This document shows positions 35,850 to 45,360 of a DNA stretch of 64,000 nt, piece after piece. A program made the position numbers and the translations under genes. The notes under the pieces were generated by a model, which ran no database searches, was not told where the DNA came from, and saw only the letters and a list, made by a program, of their open reading frames with translations. Every line of letters starts with the position of its first letter. Position 1 is the stretch's first letter. Origin of the DNA: Octopus sinensis (lineage: Eukaryota); contig NC_043010.1 in the NCBI RefSeq assembly GCF_006345805.1, positions 52,328,001 through 52,392,000 on the forward strand, given 5' to 3'.

Positions 35850-36830
35850 AAAGCCATTGGCACTCGTGTCCACTCCCACATACATCTGTATGTATGCATA
35901 CACAACAGGAACTAGAAAAGAAAAAGGTAAAAATAGCAAAGAAATTTTGTGTTAACCACTGGAATTCAGTAGAGATAAATCTTGGTAATAGTTCTGAGAG
36001 AGTGATGTAGAAATTCTGGAAGCTTTTCTTCGCCAGATGGTCAACCACATTAACAGGTTAAGTTCGACTTTGCCCCAGTCCTTTAGCTATGGCATGCTGC
36101 GACTTGTTTCGTAAATGAAAAGTCTATTTTTGAGAGCCTGTTCTTCCTGTAGAACAACACGCCATGGGTCTTGAATGGAAGTTGATAATGACGAAGTTCT
36201 TTTTAATATTCTTTCCACCTGATGCTTAATGCTTATGTATGTATCTGTGCCTTCTAGAATACATTTCGCTTCTTCAACGTTGTTTGTTGTGAACCACATT
36301 TTGTCGGTGTATATTAATGTTTTGTCGATGCACGTGCCGAACGTGAAATTTTCGCTGGCTTGGCATCTCATTCTGCCGCAGTTCATCAATCCGTTCCTGA
36401 TGCTTCTTAAGACGTAGCTTTTACCCGAGTTACTTGCTCCTGTAATATGCAAGCCGTTAATTTGGGGATTAAGTTTATGACAGACTTCGAATGTGTGTCT
36501 ACCGAATTTTTCTGTGTCTATGTTGTGGTGGTGTAGCCACTCGTCGTATATATCCAGCGATGTTTGAACGTTATGGTAGTTGTTTGTGTTATATGAGAAG
36601 AATTGTTTCTTGTCTCTGATTTGTTCCCATATGGGCATGCTCAATGTTTCAATATTTGTTTCTGTGGCTGCGGCCGTAATTATTGTTAATGTTTGGAGTG
36701 TTTCTGTAGATGTTCCTCCAGTTATTTTGGTATTGTAGTTTCGGCGTGTTTTTGCAGAATCTTATGTCCCCCATGTCTGTGCTGTTGCATTTCTTCATAA
36801 TTTTCTTAATGAAGTCGTATTTGTGGCATC
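35850..36830 (-). pseudogene. NS1: Endogenous parvovirus-like NS1, second lineage (~1 kb)
   Basis: QINGLHITGASNSGKS (Walker A), TLIYTDKMW (B), EEAKCILEG, SLSTSIQDPW..EQALKNRLFIY (C / Arg finger region). Confidence 0.82.
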
Positions 36831-37265
36831 TCAACAATCTTGCCAGACCTACCTTTCAGTGTGCCAACGTTGAGGGTGTGGGAGGTATGGGCCCTAGAGA
36901 CCGTGGGACGGTCAACAGTAGCTTCATGATCCTGGTTCAGCATCGTACACACCGCATTATACCTTCGCTCCTGAACTGCCTCAATTACCTTATCTACCCA
37001 TTTTTCAGCGAGAAGTATACCCATGCTCCCAGCCCCGTCAGTGTTCCTTGACCAGAAAATCTTATACCTGTGTTCTTTGCCTGTGAGGAACCTAGCAGAA
37101 GCCTCTCCACCTCACTTCTTGGATGCAACATATATCAACACATCTCCATTCGGGCTTCTCAACAATCTCACCAGACTTACCTTTCGGTGTTCCAACGTTG
37201 AGGGTGTGAGAGGTATGGGCCCTAGAGACCCTGGGACGGTGAACAGTAGCTTCATGATCCTGGTT
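36830..37265 (-). mobile_element. Two tandem RTE-type LINE APE N-terminal fragments, each fused to an ankyrin tail
   Basis: TLNVGTLKGRSGKIVEM and TLNVGTPKGKSGEIVE...VDICCIQEVRWRG. Confidence 0.75.
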
Positions 37266-37269
37266 CAGC

Positions 37270-38740
37270 ATTAGAGACACCATATCATACCTTCGCTCCT
37301 GAACTACCTCAGTAGTGTGTTACCACCTTTGTCCACCACATTGACATCGATGCCATTTTACTCAACATGCCAACTGTGTTTGTGTATCCACTTGAACAGG
37401 CACAGTATAGAGGTGTGTGACCATTCTTATCTCGTGCATTCACCTCAACAGCGCTATGTTTTATTAATGCTGCCACAACATCTGTCCATTCCTTCTCACA
37501 TGACCCTGCTGCCAAACAGAGAGGTGTCTGGCCATATTTGTTTTTCACGTTGACATTGCTGCCCCGAGATAGTAAGATCTTCATTTTCAAGTTATATATA
37601 TGTATATTGTTTCCAGAGAGTTTCTTATCTCGTAGATTCTCCTGAACGGTACTCTGTTGTATTAATGCTGCCACGACATCTGTCCATTCCCTCTTACATG
37701 ACCCTGCTGCCAAACGGAGAGGAGTCTGGTTCTTCACGTTTATCTCGCTGCTCCGAGATCGTAAGATCTTCATTTTCAAGTTATCTATATGTACATTGTT
37801 TCCAGAGAGTTTCTTATCTCGTGGATTCTCCTGAACGGTACTCTGTTGTATTAATGCTGCCACGACATCTGTCCATTCCCTCTTACATGACCCTGCTGCC
37901 AAACGGAGAGGAGTCTGGTTCTTCACGTTTATCTCGCTGCTCCGAGATCGTAAGATCTTCATTTTCAAGTTATATATATGTACATTGTTTCCAGAGAGTT
38001 TCTTATCTCGTGGATTCTCCTGAACGGTACTCTGTTGTATTAATGCTGCCACGACATCTGTCCATTCCCTCTTACATGACCCTGCTGCCAAACAGAGAGG
38101 AGTCTGGCCATATTTGTTCTTCACGTTTATCTTGCTTCTCCGAGATCGTAAGATCTTCATTTTCAAGTTATATATATGTATATTGTTTCCAGAGAGTTTC
38201 TTATCTCGTGGATTCTCCTGAACAGTATTCTGTTGTATTGATGCTGCCACGACATCTGTCCATTCCTTCTTACATGACCCTGCTGCCAAACGGAGAGGAG
38301 TCTGGCCATATTTGTTCTTCACATTCACGTCGCTACCCCGAGATCGTAAGATCTTCAGATTCAAGTTATATGTATGTATGTTGTTTCCAGAGGAGTCTGG
38401 ACATATTAGTTATTAGTTCTTTACATTCACCTCGATGCTCCGAGATATTAAGATTTTCACGGCTTCAAGATGACGTCTATACACAGCATTATGTAGAGCT
38501 GTCCAACCACAGAGGTGTCTTGCATCTATAAACATCTCAATTATTCTTGTGTTGTCCCTTACATGGGAATACATTAATGGAATTCGTCCCCTTACATCAT
38601 GGTGGTTAATTTTAACTGGGTGCTTCTCTATTAAGGTTTTCACACCTTCAGCGTCACCATCTTCAATTTTATCAAAGATTGTATAATACATCATGTCTTC
38701 AAATTCGATTATTGGGTTTTGATTCCGGGTTGATGTCTTT
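37270..38740 (-). pseudogene. Intronless ankyrin-repeat gene, disrupted, with internal ~200-bp tandem expansion (open 351-aa ORF 37309-38364)
   Basis: Repeated VNVKNKYGQTPL.LAAG, VNARDKNGHTPLYCAC, GWTALHNAV...EAVKILI. Confidence 0.8.
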
Positions 38741-38802
38741 CTATCTGAGAAAAATTAAGTGTCTGCTTGTTCAAACGATGATGAAAGTATATACACACAC
38801 AC

Positions 38803-38804
<2 letters not shown>

Positions 38805-38861
<57 letters not shown>
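38805..38861. repeat. (TA)n
   Basis: Seen directly. Confidence 0.95.
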
Positions 38862-38863
<2 letters not shown>

Positions 38864-39503
38864 CCAAAAAGAAGCAACAAGAATAGATCCGGGAATTTAG
38901 TACAATTGTTTCATACTATAACAATTTATTAAAGCTGCAAATATTACAGCAGATATAAAATGTCAAGTAATCCTCAGCTAATCTAGTACCGAAAGGATTA
39001 ACAATAATTGGAGAAATTTCTAATGTTTGCCAGCAATTCCTCCCAAAGGTCACATTTCTCGTGTCTGCGCCACCTCATGAATTCGCCGAGATATGTCAAT
39101 CAGGTACTTGTCTATTGTAGTGGTCCCTGTTGCACGGGCGCGCGCGCCAGACGTAGGTTCTCTACTCGAGATCCAACGAGGTGACTTGCGCATGCGCAGT
39201 GTGCAATGCGCGTTAAAACCCCCCCCCCCCCCCCCCGGGGATTTTTTCAGATACCTTTCTGCTTTTTTAAGACAAAAAGGTGTTGGATTTCACAAAAAAT
39301 GTGTTTGTGTGTGTGTGTATATAACATTTTCAATTTTACACAAAAAAATTACATAGTCGCTTTCCTCGCGGATTTACAGATAAATGAATTAATTACTATT
39401 TTACAGAATAAAATTAATGAATTATATAAATTAAATAATTCTTGAAAATTAATTAATATTAATATTTTTTGAACAAAGTAAATAATTTTTAAAAGTGTAT
39501 ATA

Positions 39504-41157
39504 CAGTATCTACAATAAGTTAGTACACACAACGATTTTTTAAAAATTTTTACTTCTTACAACTATATTTTTTCGTAGGATTTAAATGAAACTCGATGTG
39601 AACATAGCCATGTAGTGGTTTAATAACTTTATAAACTATGAAGGAACAAATATCTTTTCAATGTAGAATAATTAAACAAAAACATTTAGAACAAGTAACA
39701 AAAAGTAAGTACACAGGAGCGCTTTAAACAAATAAGCCTATTTTTAATACTTTGTATGGCCTCCATTGTTATCAATAACAGCAGACAACCTCCTAGGCAT
39801 TGATTCCACTAGTTTGCGACATGTCTCCGCCGGAATTGCGTTCCATTCACATTTGATGACCTCCTTGTTTTCGTTTATTTCTCGGATTTTTCCCTGCAAT
39901 TTTCCGTTTTAGATGCTCCCACAGATGCTCTATTGGGTTCAAATCAGGTGACATACTCGGCCATGGTAAGGTATTCACTCGCTTACTTTCTAAGAACGCC
40001 TTCGTAGGCCGCGACGTGTGCTTAGGGTTGTTATCCTGCTGGAAAACTCCACGTCTGCCAACACTTGTTAAACTTGGTAACATGTTTTCCTCCAATATCT
40101 GGCAATAGTTTTGAATTCATTTTTCCTTCGATGAAAGCAAGTCGTCCAACTCCTTTGGCACTCATACACCCCCAAATCATCAAGCTCCCGCCTCCATGCT
40201 TGACAGTTGGCACGACACACTTATCCTTGTAAGCCTCCCCTTTTCGTCGCCACACACGCTTAACGCCATCTGAGCCGAATAGATTTATTTTCGTCTCGTC
40301 AGACCAAAGGATTTTGTCCCAAAACTGCATATCTTTGTCTTTATGATTATTAGCAAATTCACAATGCTTCTTTTTGTGGGAAGTTTTCAGCAGAGGCTTC
40401 ATTCGGGGCATGCAGCCGTTAAACCCGTCTTCGTGGAGAATGTTGCGCACTGTCTGAGCACTCAGTTACGTTTAAACTGTGTGAAATTTCTTCTGCGACA
40501 CTAGCAGCACTCCGACGTCTGTTTCCCTCTATAAGTTGTTTCATGCGCCTCTTAGTTCGATCACAAAACTTATTTGGTCGACCGGGACGGCGGCCATTTG
40601 TGACGGTTCCAGCTTTTTTGTACCGTTGAACAACTTTTGTTACCGTATTTCGGCTGATATTTACATTGCCACTTATTTCCGTATATGAATGACCACTCTT
40701 GAATAAATTAACAATAGTTTCACGAGTTTTTTCATGTAATTCATTGCCACGAGGAGCCATTTCCAAGAATAATATGAGAGAAACTTTGGTAGCAATAGAT
40801 CCAAGCAATAGCAGCGTAATGTAAACAAACAGCCAATGAAATGCCTTTGGTTATTTATTAGGGTACAATAAAAAGGTGCCAACAGAAAGTTCTGCAATTT
40901 ATAGCTATTTAAGTAAATATTTATTCATGATTAGTGACTTCCATAGCTGTGTACTAATTTATTGTACTGTGACTATGGATTTTCTCCTATAATTTGTAAT
41001 AAACAACAAATTTGAACCCTAACGTTTATGCATATTTAAATTTACATATATGGCTAGGTTCACATCGAGTTTCATTTAAATCCTACGAAAAAATAAAGTT
41101 CTAAGAAGTAAAAATTTTTAAAAAATCGTTGTGTGTACTAACTTATTGTAGATACTG
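39504..41157 (-). mobile_element. Full-length Tc1 (DD34E) transposon, 1654 bp, frameshifted transposase (ATG at 40760)
   Basis: ~110-bp TIRs CAGTATCTACAATAAGTTAGTACACAC, TA TSD. Motifs GRPNK, WSDETK, FQQDN-34aa-[11 protein letters not shown]. Confidence 0.95.
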
Positions 41158-41379
41158 TATATATGTATACAATAATATATGTTGTACATACCTTAATTTT
41201 TTCATGATATTGTAGCGATTTTATGACAGTGTAGCAAAATAGTAGTCAATTAGATAAATACATTTTTTTTCTGGGGTATTTTTTTTCAACCTCGTCACAT
41301 ATTTGCACCTTTCAATTTAAGTCTTAATTAAGCAATTGCGGCAGCTTAGCAGAAATGTCACGTTCTAATTTCTGTTATT

Positions 41380-42062
41380 CAATGGTTTCAATACACTCGT
41401 GACATCATACCCCTTCAAATTTTATACCATTCTGAAAGATGTTTCAGAATATTCATCTCACAATCGTTTTCATTTTGTCCATACTGTTCCTTCCACAGAA
41501 ACTCAAGGTACGAGTCCACCATGGTGGAATGTATCCTCATCATCGTTTTAAATTTTCTTTTCAATGGTTTCAATACACGCGTGACATCATACCCCTTCAA
41601 ATTTTATACCATTCTGAAAGATGTTTCAGAATATCATCACACAATCGTTTTCATTTTGTCCATACTGTTCCTTCCACAGAAACTCAAGGTACGAGTCCAC
41701 CATGGTGGAATGTATCCTCATCATCGTTTTAAATTTTCTTTTCAATGGTTTCAATACACGCGTGACATCATACCCCTTCAAATTTTATACCATTCTGAAA
41801 GATGTTTCAGAATATTCATCACACAATCGTTTTCATTTTGTCCATACTGTTCCTTCCACAGAAACTCAAGGTACGAGTCCACCATGGTGGAATGTATCCT
41901 CATCATCGTTTTAAATTTTCTTTTCAATGGTTTCAATACACGCGTGACATCATACCCCTTCAAATTTTATACCATTCTGAAAGATGTTTCAGAATATTCA
42001 TCACACAATCGTTTTCATTTTGTCCATACTGTTCCTTCCACAGAAACTCAAGGTACGAGTCC
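41380..42062. repeat. ~182-bp tandem repeat (about 3.7 units) of the Merlin A 3' coding end
   Basis: Unit starts CAATGGTTTCAATACAC at ~41380, 41563, 41744, 41926. Confidence 0.9.
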
Positions 42063-42840
42063 ACCATGGTGGAATGTACCCCCATCATCGTTTTAAATTT
42101 TCTTTTTGCATTTTTCCAGTAACATTCCACAGAATTTGTGTGTACACCTGTTAGCGGATCCACAAAATTCTGGGAATAGTTTACTGTGAAATGGATGTAT
42201 TTTGGTGTCACATCCATTTCTGCAATCCCATTATAGGCGGCCCAGCAATCCGAATGAATTGTTGTGCCCTGTCTAATATATTTTTTGATGATGGGTAGCA
42301 GAGTTTCCGAGGAACGGTCACCTACGAAGAGTAGGAAGCCTTTTTTCTCTTCTCTATCATAACCTCCAAAGACCCATCTCTCTTGTGGTGTTCTCCCTCT
42401 ATTGTACTTCCTCTTGCACATCAGACTTTCATCTATTTCAACAACTTTTCCGACACCACCAATTTGGTATGGATTGTTGACCAGATTGTTACTACAGATA
42501 TCTCGCATGTATTGGAACCATTGAATAACGGTACATTTTGACAATCCAGTCATTGCTATTGTTGCTGTTATTGTTAGGTTATTGCCCCAACAATATATTA
42601 TATGTATGAAATCATGTAGTTTCAATCTGCTATTTTCGAGATAGGAGTTCCTTCTAATTGATTCTTTTTCCCCTTTGTGAGTTGGGCAGCGAAATACTTT
42701 TTCTTGATTGTGTTTTATCAGTCATCTCTCTCTGGCATCTCGAACAATTTGGCGAAGAGCAACTTAAAGACCTTTTTGTCCTTGAGGAAGGAATAAATAC
42801 TATCAAAGTCTTTCACGATACTTTCTATCTCATACAACAT
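41960..42840 (-). pseudogene. Merlin lineage A transposase, frameshift near the 5' end
   Basis: MLYEIESIVKDF.. start, VEIDESLMCKRKYNRGR, IHSDCWAAY, HTNSVECYW. Confidence 0.92.
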
Positions 42841-43639
42841 TATTTTTTAATTTTATCTCACAGTTCAACTGGTGAAGATAAAGTGAAAATAACTAATAAA
42901 GTTATTTTCACTATCGTGGTAAGAAGTCAGTTAGCTCTGATTGGTTAGATTTTAGAACTTTCTCTGTCCCCTCTTTCAAACTAATTTTTGTTGTGGGGGG
43001 GGGGGGAGATGAACGATTTAAAATAAATATATCTTAATTGTAGTGTGAGAAAAGTATATATATTCTGATGATAAAATGTTTTTGAAAGAATATATTTTTA
43101 TAAAAATCTAGAATATATATACTTTTCTCACACTACAATTAAGATATATTTATATGTCAATCATAGAACGATATGTACCACAAAGTCGCTTGTTACCCCA
43201 TTTCAAACACGCCCAAGTACTCTCTATTTGTTGGGTGTGTGTTATCAACGGAGTCAACAAACTCGATGCTGTGGTTCACCATTCTGTCAAATTGTATCCC
43301 TCGATCTCTGGAATATGTGAATAAGCCCTCCACAGGTCACTAAATATTGTGGTACCTGGGAGGATTGAGCGACGGATGCATTCTTCGAGTGTGTCGCAAT
43401 TCCGACAAGGTACTGCATAAAGGAAAACTTCTCTGGTCTCACGACACACCCCACCGAATACCCATTGCTGAGGTAAACACCCTTCCTCGATTAAACTTCC
43501 TCCTACAGAAGACTGTCTTGACAATCTTCCCAGGACCACCTATTACAATTGGGTTCATTAGCAAGTCATGCGCGCATATTTCTCGCACATAATTGTTGTA
43601 GTCCACAGCTGAACCGTGGCTCATCCCCAGTTCGAATGT

Positions 43640-43800
43640 AGCTGTTGTGTACATGAAGCATGTTTTGCAGTCTGAGCAGCGTGTCCCTGTCGAAATTGTC
43701 AGCGTCAGTGTTTGCAGGTTGTGGAATTACGCCCAAAAGGCACATCAAGTTTCCTATTGTAATTTGAAATGAAATAAATTTGAAGGAACGAAGGTTTGCA
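43640..43800 (-). pseudogene. Helitron Rep/helicase-like fragment between duplicated Merlin D segments
   Basis: NFDRDTLLRLQNMLHVHNSYIR resembles the LQ.MLH..N.Y motif of Helitron RepHel N-terminal regions. Confidence 0.55.
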
Positions 43801-44419
43801 ATTTTGTACAAGGTACTGCATAAAGGAGAACTTCTCTGGTCTCACGACACACCCCACCGTATACCCATTGCTGAGGTAACACCCTTCCTCGATTAAACTT
43901 CCTCCTAGAGAAGACTCTCGTCTATCTCGACAATCTTCCCAGGACCACCTATTACAATTGGGTTCATTAGCAAGTCATGCGCGCATATTTCTCGCACATA
44001 ATTGTTGTAATCCACAACTGAACCGTGGCTCATCCCCAGTTCTTCTACACAATAACGCACTGTAGTCAGTTCCTTGACCCAAGAGTACAAAAAAAGGACT
44101 ACGGTCTGCAGAGGGAGCGTGCAGCCTTCAAGCCATGTTCCCTTCCGGACAGACAACTCCTGATTGCAGCCTTTGCGATTACACCGCCAGCAAACATTAT
44201 TCGCTACCAATTTATCATGCGGTGCCCTTTTTTACACTTCTTATTGCTAGGTGTAATAACCTTTGCTGCCAAGAAAGATGCATCTTCCGATTTCATGGTA
44301 ACAAACAACTCACCTAGACTAGCCTATATATATGTCTTTATTACCCATAAAGGGCTAAACAGAGGGGACATAAAACATCACAATTACATAAATATGGAAA
44401 TTGAAATACGAAAATGATA

Positions 44420-44890
44420 AATGAAAAATATCCCATTCTGGTATTCTCAGTCAATTGTTCTAATATTTCAGGCTCCGCATGCATGTTCAATTCCAAAACT
44501 GCACCCCCCCCAGCCTTCATATCTCGTGCACTCACCTCAAGAGCGCTATGGTTCATTATTGCTTTCACAAAATCTGTCCATTTCTTCTCACATGACCCTA
44601 CTGTCAAATGGAGGAGAGTCTGGCCTTATTAGTTCTTCACATTCATCTCGCTGCTCCGAGATATTAAGAGCGTCACAGCATCCGTTTTATGGCTATTCAC
44701 AGTATCATGTAAGGCTGTCCAACCACGGAAGTGTCTTTGCATCTATAAACATCTCAATTATTCTTCTGTTGCCGTTTACACAGGCAAACATTAAAGGAGT
44801 TTGGTTTTGAATTTTACGGATACTGCAGTGTCTACTCCTTCAGCCAACTTTATGAAGGTTTGAAGCGTTTCTAACGTCATGTTAGGTTCC
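44420..44890 (-). pseudogene. Ankyrin-repeat gene fragment
   Basis: GSCEKKWTDFVKAIMNHSALEVSARD, same family as 37270 and 45360. Confidence 0.7.
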
Positions 44891-45360
44891 TAAAAGAGGC
44901 AAATTTCGGTCTGGTACATATCTTGGAAAGGGAAAGAAGATGTACCTTGTATTGTTTCTGAATATCGAAAGAGTTGTGCAATACTGCGACAAATATATGA
45001 TTTTCCACTACTTGGGACTCCTTTAAGTACGAAAGTGTTTGTTTTTGGAAGTTTTTGATTTAGAAGATTCCATACGTCTGTTACAAATTCATCTATAAGA
45101 ATGTTTTGTACTTTCAATATATTTTGAAATATACGTAGTGATGTAGCTACAGTGTGATATTCACGAACATGGAATTTATTCCATTTCATGTTTTGGAATT
45201 TAGTGGCGAGTATTTCCATTTTGCATGAATCGGCCACATTTCTGGCTATTGAATCAAACATAGGATGAGCTAAAGCTCCTAAGAAATTTTCATTGTTTTG
45301 CTTCTGGCACCACTCTTGCTTCATCTTAATGAGTGCATATTCTTTGAGTCCGGATAACTA
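44890..45360 (-). pseudogene. NS1: Endogenous parvovirus-like NS1 fragment embedded in the ankyrin array
   Basis: ENFLGALAHPMFD...KTNTFVLKGVPSSGKSY...IQGTSSFPFQDMYQTEICLF. Open 144 aa, related to 34271-34770. Confidence 0.83.

Larger units (their letters stand above)
39103..43151 (-). mobile_element. Second Merlin lineage A element: left TIR present, right end is a fold-back
   Basis: GGTACTTGTCTATTGTAGTGGTCCC at 39103. Direct repeat ATATGTCAATCA at 39091-39102 and 43152-43163. Confidence 0.8.
38990..44320 (-). mobile_element. Merlin lineage D transposase gene split by nested insertions (3' end ~38990-39102; remainder 43152-44320, internally duplicated)
   Basis: NHSIEFVDSVDNTHTQQIESTW...GTYRSMID continues as LGEFMRWRRHEK across the insertion. 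VEIDESL and IFSDLWRAY present. Confidence 0.8.

Noticed and set aside
37665-38531. 288-aa plus-strand ORF and the many similar plus-strand ORFs at 45.4-50.4 kb
   Set aside because: They are antisense shadows of the ankyrin repeats with no independent protein features.
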